The notes: generated by a model from the letters alone, not told the origin. 64,000 bases of DNA from the human T2T-CHM13v2.0 reference genome, Homo sapiens (GCF_009914755.1 NC_060938.1), one strand, 5' to 3'; positions 28,378 through 53,555 are shown, counted from the stretch's first letter. Numbers and translations: made by a program.

Positions 28378-29325
28378 TTGTTATTCTTTCTATCTCAGCC
28401 TAAATGTCACCTCCTAGACTTTTAGACTACATTCCCTAACTACCCCAAACAGACCTGTTTTTTTCTCTTTAGAATTTATATTTTATTTCTTCTTATCCAT
28501 TGTAACTCTCTCCTAAAAGCTCCTCAGGACTAGGGATTTATTTCATACAGCACACAGCAGAGTTTCCTGCACAGAAGTGACACTAGCCTTTTACATGCTG
28601 AATAACTTTTTTCTGCATCCAGAATGAGAAGCCAAATGAAAAGAATTCCTTCAGCTCCCTTAATGAACTCCACCACACATGCCCAATCCCTCACAAATAT
28701 ACCCCCATCCCTCCACACACAACTTCATCCTGGCCCAATTCCCACAGGGTCACCCACCTCACTCTACCCACCTGCCCCCAACTTTCCCACAACACAAACA
28801 ACTGAATCCACTTCCATCTCTCATTTCCCATAGTAAAGCAAAATGTCAACTCTAGCCTCTAGCCCAAACTGCTCTTCTAAATAACAGAACTGCAGACACA
28901 ACTGCCTCCCCTACTCATCTACTGCCACCTGGATATGTTTCAGGAGCCTTCAAACATAACTTGCCCAAAACTAAAAGACGCTTCTCTACCAAAAGCCATA
29001 TTACGCATATCCTCTAACCTACCATATGCCTAGTCACTCAAGTAAAATTCATAAAAGTTTTCCAGAACTCTTGTTTCTAAAATACAAAATCTAAGACTTA
29101 ATCTTGTTGGTTCTACCTCCTAACTCGGTTTAGTATCTGTCCTTAGAATTCCAACCCTCCTCACTTCTTTTTTGTATTACTACCACAGCTTCCTAACCAG
29201 AATCTCTCACTAGATTCTCCAGTCCATTCACCATTCTATTACCTATTACCAAAGATATATTTTTAAAACACAAATCTGTTAATTTCATATCCTTCAGTAC
29301 CCTGAGGATAAAATCCAAATGCATC

Positions 29326-34250
<4,925 letters not shown>

Positions 34251-35371
34251 ACTATCATTCATAGAATAATCACAGCCCTCCCTGAATAATGCTAAAATGA
34301 TACTTCTAGGCACAAAATTTTATATATAATTACAGTTGCTCAAAATTTTAAGCTTGCCAAGTATTTACCTCTTACATTACAGGTAGAAATTCTTCTTTTT
34401 TATTATCTTAACGTGAGTACTATATTATTAATATAATACCAATAGATTAGGAAGCCTATTTAGGAAACTTTAGGATCAATCAGTCTATACAGAACTCCTG
34501 TCAGAGTAGTCAACCACACAAGTGAGATTATGAAGAATCTTCAGATGACTCCAAATTAGGCACTGGTTTCCAAAATGCTACCTGTAAAGACATCAGAATC
34601 TTTCCCTGATGGAAGCAATAAAAAAAGGTTACATGAGGTTCCAAAGAGAAAGAATTTCCCTGGGAACTGTAATATTTTCTGTATTATAACTACCATATGC
34701 TTTTTTCACTTGAACTTGGGCCAAGATTTCAGAAGATTGGCAAAGACATGAAAGAATATAACTGTTTTTAAAAAAAATAAAGGGCATTATCTGTAGTAGA
34801 GATATTTTATAAAATAGTCTGTAAATCAGGCACTTCATTTTAAAAAAATGAAATATTTTAACTGAAAAACCTGAACACATCTGGTTTCTTAAAGACAATA
34901 AATAACACAACATCTTTTGATCCATTTCATATTCCATTTTTGCCTCTGCTCCCAGCCTTGACTTTCTTGGTATTGCTGAGCTAAAAATAACTCCTGGTAC
35001 AGCAGCTGAAAATTGTGGTTTTCCCTTGCAAAGAAAAAGGGGGTAAAGTCCAATTATAAGATGTAAGCTTGCTTTTCTCCAATTAAAATACACATACAAA
35101 TTTGACTGCAATTCATTCAACACATCTATTGAATGCCTTTCTACACCAAGTGCTATGCTAAGTGTTGGGGGTGGGACACAAAGATGAGTAAGAAAGAGTT
35201 CACTGACTCTGAAGAATTCAATCTAATGATACAGTCAAGAACTATGCAAAGTACACTTACAAAGCGTTATAAAACACAATGTCATACCCATAAATAAAAA
35301 TGATAAAAATCTATCTCTGATAAATTTTCCTTGTATTTTTCCTGTTGAAACTATTAAGAGTGGTTTTTAAC

Positions 35372-36628
<1,257 letters not shown>

Positions 36629-37294
36629 GCAGGTATATTAATGGTAGAAAGTAAGGAAAGTACTTATTGATACTGTATCTGCTAAAAAAAAAAACAAAAA
36701 AGAATACAATACTCTTCCTCCTGCATACTAACAACAAGTTTCTCAACTCCACAAATACCTTCCATGGGCATTTTAGGCATTAGGTGGAAAACAGGTCCAA
36801 TATAAGCAATCTCTTCAATTCACTCCTTCAGTATCTGGATATTAGCTATTTGTGTGCCAGGCACTATGCTTAGCAATGGGAAAACAAAGACGAGCTCGTA
36901 GTCCAGTGGAGAACTGAAAGTATAGTAAAGTGGAAGTAGTGTATACATGTGAGAATATGCAGGAGGGGTCTTTGAAGACATTTAAATTTGATCCTGTAGG
37001 TGAAGAACCCAACAGATTCTGTAAAAGGGAGTAGCACAGGCAAATCAATTTTTAAGACTATAACTCAGGGCCAGGCACCGTGGCTGGTCTCGAACTCCTG
37101 ACCTCAACTGATCCACCCACCTCGGCCTCCCAAAGTGCTGGGACTGCAGATAGGCATGAGCCACCACGCCCAGTCCCAGCCCTTAACTTTTTACCATCAA
37201 ACCCAAAACATGTGCATCTAACGTCTCTATCTTCTCTGTTACAACGGCAGTACACAACTTCTTTCTGCCTAAAACCAATCTCTCCACCAGTGGA

Positions 37295-37470
37295 TCAGGG
37301 TTTTGCTACTCAAGGTGGGATTTTCTGACCAACAGTTTCTGCATAATCTAGGACCATATTAGAAATGCAGAATATCAAGCTTCATATAAGACCAACTGAA
37401 TCAGAATATGCATTTTAACATGATCCCCAGGTGACTCTCATTATGCACATTAAAATTTAAGAAGCACTGC
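37295..37470. mobile_element. MER5-family hAT MITE
   Basis: TTAGAAATGCAGAAT...CTGAATCAGAAT..GCATTTTAACA.GATCCCCAGGTGA...TGCACATTAAAATTTAAGAAGCACTG. Confidence 0.75.
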
Positions 37471-37814
37471 TTCTATACAAAAGCCAATTCTCTCCCAGTT
37501 TTTCAGAATCCTTACCCTAGGGATTATTCACTCTCTTTCTTATCTCTTTGACCTTTAAAAGAAAAAACCCCACACTCCTTTTCCAATTCAATTCTTCAAA
37601 AAAGTTTCCACATGTCCTCCATTTCATGTTCCACTCACTCCTCAACCCATTCAGATCTGCCCCTCACCACCACTCCACTCAGCTCTCATTAAGATCAATG
37701 ACCTTGAGAATGTTGCTAAATCTAAAGGACATCTTTTCATCTAACCCCTACTTGACCTCTCACTAGTATTCAAAACAATTGCCCTTTCTCTTCTTGAATC
37801 ACTTTCTTTCCTGT

Positions 37815-43448
<5,634 letters not shown>

Positions 43449-43595
43449 TTACATCATACTATATATGAATAAAGCCTAGAAAGGAAAATGGAAAAAATAA
43501 CAGCTGTTATGTTAGGATGGAAGGATTTTACATAGAGATAAATTTTATGTTTTAAAAATTTCATTTAAATTGTTTTAACATGGCAACACTTTTTT

Positions 43596-44277
43596 TTTTT
43601 ATTATACTTTAAGTTTTAGGGTACATGTGCTCAACGTGCAGGTTTGTTACATATGTATACATGTGCCATATTGGTGTGCTGCACCCATTAACTTGTCATT
43701 TACATTAGGTATATCTCCTAATGCTATCCCTCCCCCCTCCCCCTACCCCACAACAGCCCCCGGTGTGTGATGTTCCCCTTCCTGTGTCCAAGTGTTCTCA
43801 TTGTTCAATTCCCACCTATGAGTGAGAACATGCATTTGGTGTTTTGTCCTTGCGATAGCTTGCTGAGAATGATGGTTTCCAGCTCCATCCATGTCCCTAC
43901 AAAGGACATGAACTCATCATTTTTTATGGCTGCATAGTATTCCATGGTGTATATGTGCCACGTTTGCTTAATCCAGTCTATCATCGATCGACATTTGGGT
44001 TGGTTCCAAGTCTCTGCTATTGTGAATAGTGACACAATAAACATACGTGTGCATGTGTCTTTATAGCAGCATGATTATTATAATCCTTTGGGTATATACC
44101 CAGTAATGGGATTGCTGGGTCAAACGGTATTTCTAGTTCTAGATCCTTGAGGAATCGCCACACTGTTTTCCACAATGGTTGAACTAGTTTACAGTCAGTC
44201 CCACCAACAGTGTAAAAGTGTTCCTATTTCTCCACATCCTCTCCAGCACCTGTTGTTTCCTGACTTTTTAATGATCG
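43596..44277 (-). mobile_element. 5'-truncated L1PA (end of ORF2 plus 3' UTR) with TSD GGCAACACTTTTTT
   Basis: ORF 43805-44044 matches the L1 ORF2p C-terminus (WNQPKC..MIDWIK..WHIYTMEYYAAIKNDEF...SLIGGN); L1PA 3' UTR; TSD at 43582-43595 and 44278-44291. Confidence 0.93.
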
Positions 44278-45635
44278 GGCAACACTTTTTTAAATGTCAT
44301 AACAAATACTTCTACTACATATTAGTACTAAACAGAAGCTACGAAATGACAATTGACTTGACTGACAAGTATGATTTTTAAAATACCAAAAGTAACTTTC
44401 AGGTTACCTCTAATGAAATCTATGAACGCAATTTTTAACTTGAGAGTCAGGATGAGGAAAAAAATAAAAAATAAAAATAAATTTTAAAAAATCTACTTTA
44501 CTATAAATCCTGCTAAAACAAGTGTCAACTAAGGGCTAAGTTATTCTTACATACTCAAAATTCTGCCAATGACAAAAACTAATGGAAATAAATGGACCAC
44601 TAACTAATTGTAATTTGGAAATTTTATTAGTAAGGATTTTTATCTTAGTACTGTTTTAACAAGAGTTACAACTGAAAGTTATTCAATAATCAAAAATGAA
44701 GGTACTTTAAAAATTTTGCCAACTGAGTAATATAAACTTTATTCCCACCTAAAACACATTAGGATAATTATACCAAATTTTTTAGGTCAACATCTCAAAC
44801 ATTTTCTACTAATTACCTTAAAATAGCATTAAAATGAATAAAGAAACATCAGAGTTTTCAATTACTTATTACTGGAGTTCAAAACTGTAAATACAAATGT
44901 AAAATAAACAGTAAAAACGAAACACATGTTCAACACTCAGAAGAATGGTTATTCTGACTGGACAAGTTATGACTTATATAAGAGGGAAAAAAATGGCTGT
45001 AAGGTCTATCTAGTAAGAATTCTCTTTTATATTTTTGCATATATACTAAGTTATAACCTCCCAATAAAACTGTTTAAACTCCCCAAACTTCAAAATGTTT
45101 CTACTACTCCAAATTTTCTACTCTTCTGCTACACGGTTAAGATCCAATTTATACCTTCCCAAACTGAAATTTACAAACCAATAATCGGCTTTAACAAAAG
45201 TACTGTCATATGACAACATCAATGAAGAAATGGGCAGTTCAAAACATATGTTTATTATCATCTCTTATTCCATAAATCAATTTCATGGTACAGAAATAGA
45301 TACCTTTAAGAAAATAAATATTTGTATTTTCCCCAGTTCATGACATATTTTGAAAATGAACCAACCAAGCTATGGGTTAAAATTAATATTCCTACTAATT
45401 CCCATTCATTCAACAAATATGTATTTGTGTCATCGTAATCATCAGTCCTAGAGTTTCTTCACCTACCAATTTTTATTTCTTGGAAAAGTGTAAACACAAA
45501 ACTCTTCAGGAATATTTTTAAAGATACGTGTTAAAATTCACTAGAGAAATTTCTACACAAACTGAAGTCAGCAAATGGTTGAAAACAGATGTCACTACAG
45601 TAACCCAAAGGAACATGATGAAGGAATGTACTTAC

Positions 45636-45775
45636 GTTTCAAAACAACGATCCACGTTGTCAGACATCAAAAGCAGCATGCATAGCTGTTCAAGGGCTAT
45701 TAGTTGCATGTCCCTTTCATCTCCCTGTCCCATCTGTAGCCATTCCAGCAATGTATCTGGGTCCACATCTGCCAT
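45636..45775 (-). CDS. HECTD1: HECTD1 first coding exon (probable exon 2), coding part, aa 1-46 plus 2 nt
   Basis: aaaccATGg strong Kozak at 45775; [10 protein letters not shown]...DRCFE; donor AAC|gtaagt at 45635; 140 nt, ends phase 2. Confidence 0.96.
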
Positions 45776-47556
45776 GGTTTTTTAAAAGTCTCTTTGCTTA
45801 AATTTGAAAAGTAAAGGGAGAAAAGTCCTTTAAATTCCGGGACTGAACAGCTTGGGCTTAAATTTTTCTTCCTTTACATCTGCTAGAACCAAATTTTCAT
45901 AGTGTCCTCCTAGCAATTAAAAAAGACTCCTAAGTACGTTTGGACGTAAGAGTGCTTAATGCAGTTTTTCAACTTTCCTTATCCGCCAGGTTTAACGTAC
46001 AGATATCATACCAAATGAAAACCAGTTTTGCACAAGAGTATATAAGCTGATTAGGTTGCTGCTTAACTAGAAACCAGAGCTGTCTGTGTCAAAGACAGTC
46101 AGTCAAGCTTCAGGTCCCACTACTGCTATCACTAAAGTCTATGCCAAAAGGCAAAGAACACCTAACTAAAGGTTCTGTTTTTTCCAGCAAACTTCATCCC
46201 CCTCCTTCTCTACCCAAAACTGATCTTCAGATAAGGGTTAGATTCAGTATTTTGAGGAAACTCTAAACACCTTGATCCAATCCCCCTCCAAATTGTTTCT
46301 CCTTCAAAATTACCTCCAATTTCACATATTCTGCTGACTTCTCAATTTACTTCTATTTTAAAGATATCCAAATACAAACGACAATTATATACAAGATTTA
46401 TCTATGAATAAAGAGTTGGTTAGGAATTTTGGCAGTCTTGGCAACTATTCTTAAAAGTTAAAAAAAAAAAAAATTAAAAAAGGAAAGGCTAAAAGTAAAT
46501 GCAATGGACCAGCAGGTTACGGATCCGAACGAATGTAGGCCAACCTAGGGCCCTCTTTCCCCAGCTTCACAAGATAGGGCAGTTGGTTAAAAAAACAAAA
46601 ACAAAACCGAGAAGCAACCCCAACAGGTAAGTCATTACAAAAGCGCCCCGTAAGCGCCCTGACTGGAGGACAGCTTTGGGTCCCACGTAACGCAGCCGCA
46701 AGTGTGGGAAGCCGGCGGCGGGGCGCGGTGGGCACCCAACGGCGGCGACCAGCGGGGTTGACCCCACACCCGGGGCCCGGCCGAGCCGGGCGCTGAGAGG
46801 CGCTGGCCCCCGCGCTGTGGTTCCCCAGTACCAAACCCCGCTAAGTTAACTACCTGTGTCTACGAGGAAGGGAAGTTCTGGAGAAGCAGCAGCAAGCCTT
46901 CGTGCCCGAGAGGAGGCCGCCGGGCCAGGCAGGGCGCCGGCTCTCCCGGGAGCTGCGCCCGGAACTCGAAGGCCTGGCAGCGAACCCTTCTCAAGGGCAA
47001 AAGGAGCCGGCCTGAGGCTCTGGCGCGGGCAACCGGGCCCCGCCGCCGGCAGGGCCCCGGGAGGGGAACAAAGGGGCCAGCGGGGAAGTCGGCAGCAGCC
47101 TGGCCGACCTCACTCGGCGCCGGGGTCTCGCTTTCCGCCACTCGCCGGGCGTCCGGGATCCGCGCCCCCACGCAGGGCCCTTCCGACGGTCCGAGGCGCT
47201 CCCGCCTCCCCTTCCCGCAGGCTCTTACTCGGGCTTGTCGTTCCAAACCGCTCCGATCCAGCTCCCAACAGGCCGCCGGCAGAGCCAGGCCCGGCCGCGG
47301 CCCTAGAGTTCCCAAGAAGCCGCAGGCCGCGCAGGTCGAACCGGGCAGGCGGCACAGGAAAAGCCGCGCCTCGTCCCTCCCCTTCCTCCGCGAGGACCTG
47401 GTGACAGGGAAGCGAGAGGTTCTCGCGTGCGGCAGCAGCCAGCGGACGTCCAGTCCCCAGCACGCGGCTCCTCAGGCCCTGCAACTCAGAGGCCCGCGCG
47501 GTGCTGCGGGCGACGGCGGCGGCGGCGCGGCGGGGAGGCCCAGTCCATCGCGAACC

Positions 47557-47577
47557 GGGAGGGGGAGGGGAGGAGGG
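47557..47577 (+). promoter_or_regulatory. G-quadruplex-forming motif (also SP/KLF/MAZ-like)
   Basis: GGG-A-GGGGG-A-GGGG-AGGA-GGG: four G-tracts with short loops on the HECTD1 template strand. Confidence 0.6.
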
Positions 47578-48017
47578 TCGAGGGAGAGCCAGGCGGGGAA
47601 GCTGCCGAGGGCAGCCGAGCCCGGCGGAGGCGGAGCAAATCCACTCCCCCGGCGGCGACCCCGCCGGCGGCCACCTGGGGCGCTGCGGGACGGCCGACCG
47701 CCGCGCAGGGGCGCCAAACCGGGTACGCCGCGTCGCCGTCCCTGCCCCGGAGCTCTCGCCCCCGCCGCCTCGGGCTGTGTCGTACGTTTCTGCCGCGGCT
47801 TTTCTATGGTGCGCCCTGGCCCCCTTTTCGCTTCCCTGTCAGTCCGAGCGCGCTCATGCACGCACGTCCAGCTTGCTTGGCGCCGTGGCTAACACTTTGC
47901 GCGCTCCTGCGGAGGGCGTCGCACGGCACAGCACAGCAAAGCTGCGGCCCAACCTGTCCCCGCTGAGCCTTCCGCCCAGGCCACCCGCACTCAGCCACGA
48001 TCTTCCCTCCTCGCGCA

Positions 48018-48025
48018 CGGAAGTG
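48018..48025 (+). promoter_or_regulatory. ETS/GABPA-type motif CGGAAGTG
   Basis: Close match to the CCGGAAGTG consensus in the distal part of the CpG island; motif match only. Confidence 0.5.
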
Positions 48026-48401
48026 CGTCGCGTAAGGAAGGCGTCTCCCCCCGCTCCTGGGAGGCCGACCGCCTGGCGGTTCACCCCAAAGAAAACCCTT
48101 CAGAGCAACCCTGGGAAAGAGGTGCTGCCGACGATTATCAACGTTGTACAGATGAGACACTGAGGCTCCAGGAAAGCGCAAATGCAGGCCCAGCGCCGTG
48201 CCCGGTCGGCAGCAGCACTGAGAGTGCACTTTTGACTACGTTTCTTGTGGCTTGTGGTCACAAGTATGTCTGTGGTTATTCTTTTCAAACTTTATTTCAC
48301 ACGCATTCAGAATAAAGGATGCATGCTTATAGGACGTAGTTGGAGCCCGGAGACGTCCTACTGTACTCTCACTTTCAGCTTTTAAACAAAAAGAAAAATT
48401 A

Positions 48402-48834
<433 letters not shown>

Positions 48835-49766
48835 TACTTCAGATAGCTATCCGCGCATGTCCCGTTGTAGCAGGTAATGGTCCGTTTAGGTATCCTGTTA
48901 ACGAAACAAGAGGAAAAAGAGGATTCAACTATTTTGTCCCAAGTACAACACATGAGGATAATTATTTAGATGTCATGAGTGTGAATTGGAGCTGCCAGGA
49001 AACTTCAAGAAGGAAGTGGCATTCCCTCTGGACCTTGAAGAATGGGTACAATGTAGACACTGAAAGGAAAGGGAAGAACATAAAGCCTGATATGTTCCTA
49101 GACATAGGAAAGGTCACCTGTGCCCCCAGCAAAGAACCAACAGTAAGCAACAGAGAGAGAAATTTGGAGCTAAAGTGGGGAAGGCCTTGAATGAGGAATG
49201 CAGAAATTAGGCTGAGCTAAGTAGCAAGTTCTGGACTACAACACTGGAAAAACTAGTCTTAAGAAGACTAATTATGGAAAGTGTCTAGAACGACTAAAAG
49301 GATCTATCTAGACGAGACTAGCTGGAGGTTGTCGAAATGCTGCAATAATGGAGGAAAGAAAAGTCTAGTTATTGGCAATATGAATGGGGAAGAAATCTAA
49401 AAATAATTTTTGAAAGAAGATATATCAGAATTTAAATGATTAACTTAAAAATTTCCGTCCAGGCTCCATGGCTCACACCCGTAATCCCAGCACTTTGGGA
49501 GGCAGAGGCAGGGGGATCACTTGAGCCCAGGAGTAGGAGACCAGCCTAGGCAACATAGGGAGACCCTGTCTCTACAAATAATTTTTAAAATTAGCTGGGT
49601 GTGGTGGTGCACACCTGTAGTCCCAGCTACTCAGGAGTCAAAGGCAGGAGGATCACCTGAGCCCTCGAGGTCGAAGCTGCAGTGAGCCATGATCATGCCA
49701 CTGCACTACAGCCTGGGCAATAGAGCAAGACCCTGCCAAAACAAAAAACAAAAACCCTTAACGTAG

Positions 49767-50048
<282 letters not shown>

Positions 50049-50075
50049 TAGTGGAGATGGGGTTTCACCATGTTA

Positions 50076-50171
<96 letters not shown>

Positions 50172-51226
50172 TTACCAAGTTTTTAAGATATATATTTTTT
50201 TATCCTGCACTATCTCTACATGTACCACCCACTTCCTGCCCGCAAGATTAATGTCTAGTGTGCTTTAAAGAAACCTTATCAAAAGAATGCTGTGACACTT
50301 ATTGCACTTTTTAAAGATGTTATTATCATATTTATTTTGATTTTTATTTAGAGGCAGGGTCTTGCTCTGTGGCTCAGGCTGGAGTGCAGCAGTGTGATCC
50401 TAAATGACTGCAGCTTCCAACTCGTGGGCTCAAGGCGATTCTCCTGCCTCAGCCTCCGGAGTAGCTGGGACTACAGGCCCATGCCACTACACCCAGCTAT
50501 TTTTATTTTTTTGTAGAGACAGGATCTAACTATGTTGCCCAGGCTGGTCTCCAACTCCTGGGCTCAAGCAATGCTCCAGCCTTGGCCGCCAGAAGTGCTG
50601 GGATTATAGGAATGAGCCACATGCCCGGCCCATGTTATTATTTTAAACTCAAACAGAAAAAAAGAATTCAAGCATGAGATCCCAGAACAAGAGCATTAAA
50701 GGAGAGAAATGAAGTCATGAAGACAACAAAATATCCGGATAAAGGCAACTGACCAGACTTGAATACTTATCCCAAGAAACCAGGAACTGTTTACATGTTG
50801 GTATTTCCCATTGCTTCCAAAATCCAAGAATCATAGACCATCGAGAACTGCTCTGTGCCAGGCTCAGTGTAAGGCTCAGTAGTCACAGACCTCTTCCTCA
50901 ATAAAGGTAGATGTAAACACACTCCTCTGAGTCTCCTCTATCATACCGCTTATTAGGTGATATTGTCAGGTACATGCTGGGAACATTAAGGAGGTAGGAG
51001 ATGGCATCTTGGAAAGCTTCAGGAATGAAGTGTGAATTAAATCTCAGATAATGAGTCACAGCTGGCCAGATAATTAGGAAAAGCATATGGACAGGCACAG
51101 AGGTACGAAGAGGGTCCCTCTTGGCAGAATGAAGCAACAGGCTGCCTTTTGACTGAGGCTCCACATTGGCGAAGGAACTTCGATGTGTACACAGTCGCTG
51201 GGATCAACTCACAGGACTATTAATAA

Positions 51227-51490
<264 letters not shown>

Positions 51491-52503
51491 TAGTAGAGAC
51501 GGGGTTTCTCCATGTTGGTCAGCTGGTCTCAAACTCCCGACCTCAGGTAATCCACCCACCTCAGCCTCCCAAAGTGCTGGGATTACAGGTGTGAGCCACC
51601 ACGCCCGGCCTATGAATTAATTTTCTAGAGTTAACCTTATAGTTATGAATAGCACAACAATAAACCATTATGTTTTTTGTGTATCAGAGGCATAATTGGT
51701 AGATGAAAACCTATAAAATATGCTACAGAAAATGTTTGGACATGTCTTCAAGTTTGAACTACAAATGTAAGTGTCCCTGGCTATCCTCAACTTCTGTGAA
51801 GTTCTGGGTATGAAAGAATGTGGTCTGCAATTGGAAAGAGTGGGAAACTAAGTTTTGTTGGTACCTAGAGTGGTGTTAGTGGCTGGAAGAGATCATTGAA
51901 GTTAATTGGAGACAATTTCTTAAGGGTCTTGAACACCGTAATGAGTTTGAACTTTGTTCTTTGGGCAAGGGGAGCCTTTGGATATTTAAAACAAGAAAGT
52001 ACTGAGATGGCATGTAGGTTTTAGGATTATTAACCACTTTAAAGTTAAAATCTGTTTCTATTATGCTTTACAGTTAGCAAGATATGTTATTTTATTTTAT
52101 TTTTTGTTTTTTGGGGTTTTTTTTTTGTTTTTGAGACAGAGACTCGCTCTGTCATCCAGGATGGAGTGCAGTGGCACAATCTCAGCACACTGCAACCTCT
52201 GCCTCCCAGGTTCAAGCGATTCTCGTACCTCAGCGTCCTGAGTAGCTGGGATTACAGGCCTGCGCCACCATGCCTGACTAATTTTTGTATTTTTAGTAGA
52301 CACAGGGTTTCACCATGTTGCCCAAGTTGATCTCCACCTCCTGGACTCAAGGGATCCATCCACCTCAGCCTCCCAAAGTGCTGAGATTACAGGGATGAGC
52401 CCCAGCGCCTGGCTACAGTTAGAAAGATACTTTAATATATATTATTATTTAGTCTTTATACATTAGTTTATTATATATATAAAATGATTAACACTTAAAA
52501 TAG

Positions 52504-52947
<444 letters not shown>

Positions 52948-53317
52948 TAGTAGATCAAAGTAAAATGCATTGCTTCATGAAGTAATAATTTCCCAACACT
53001 GGAAATATGACAGAAGAGACTGGATAACAAGTCAGGAATGGCTCAGGGGCTGTGGCATACACCTGTAATCCTTGCATTTTGGAAGGCTGAGGTGGGAGGC
53101 TCGCCTGAGTCCAGGAGTTCAAGACCAGCCTGGGTAACATAGTGAGACCTCATCACTATAAAAAGTTTTTAAAACTTAGCCTACAGTCCCAGCTAGTCCA
53201 GAGGCTGAGGTAGGAGGATCACTTCATCTTAGAAGACTGAGATTACAGTAAACCAAGATCATGCGACTCCATCCCAGCCTGGATGACAGAGTGAGATCCT
53301 ATCTCCCCTCCCCCTCT

Positions 53318-53344
53318 TTCTGTGTCTCTGTCTCTGTCTCTCTG

Positions 53345-53377
<33 letters not shown>

Positions 53378-53386
53378 TACACACAC
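53318..53386 (+). repeat. Compound (CTGTCT)n(CT)n(CA)n microsatellite
   Basis: direct reading. Confidence 0.9.
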
Positions 53387-53555
53387 TAGTCAGGGATGGT
53401 GCACAGTACTACTCAGGTGCACAGTACTTTAGCATGAGAGAAAGTAGAGTAGATTATCTTTAATCTTCCTTCAGATTCTAAGAGCCATAGAGTTGAAGAC
53501 ATGGATTTGAGAATGAAACCTGTCCCTTACTAGTTGTGAGACTCCAAGGAAGTCA

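Larger units (their letters stand above)
46640..48260. promoter_or_regulatory. HECTD1: CpG island: HECTD1 promoter and non-coding first exon (possibly bidirectional)
   Basis: About 1.6 kb of very GC/CpG-rich, Alu-free sequence roughly 0.9 kb upstream of the ATG. Candidate minus-strand donors at 46853 (CAG|gtagtt), 47113 (CGA|gtgagg) and 47228 (CGA|gtaaga). Exact exon 1 is not resolvable from sequence alone. Confidence 0.88.

Noticed and set aside
34629-35123. 164-aa minus-strand ORF in intron 2
   Set aside because: Non-ATG start, AT-rich composition, no recognisable protein similarity.
43805-44044. L1 ORF2p C-terminal ORF
   Set aside because: 5'-truncated L1 of about 0.7 kb with no promoter, endonuclease or RT domains; non-autonomous.
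47514-47533. CGG tract as a repeat-expansion locus
   Set aside because: Only about four pure units plus an interrupted extension, too short to suggest instability.
46517-48229. Long overlapping Pro/Arg/Gly/Ala-rich ORFs (105-220 aa) on both strands
   Set aside because: Expected from stop-codon scarcity in a CpG island; most lack a true ATG and show no recognisable domain. Only the ATG-initiated 20-aa uORF was kept.
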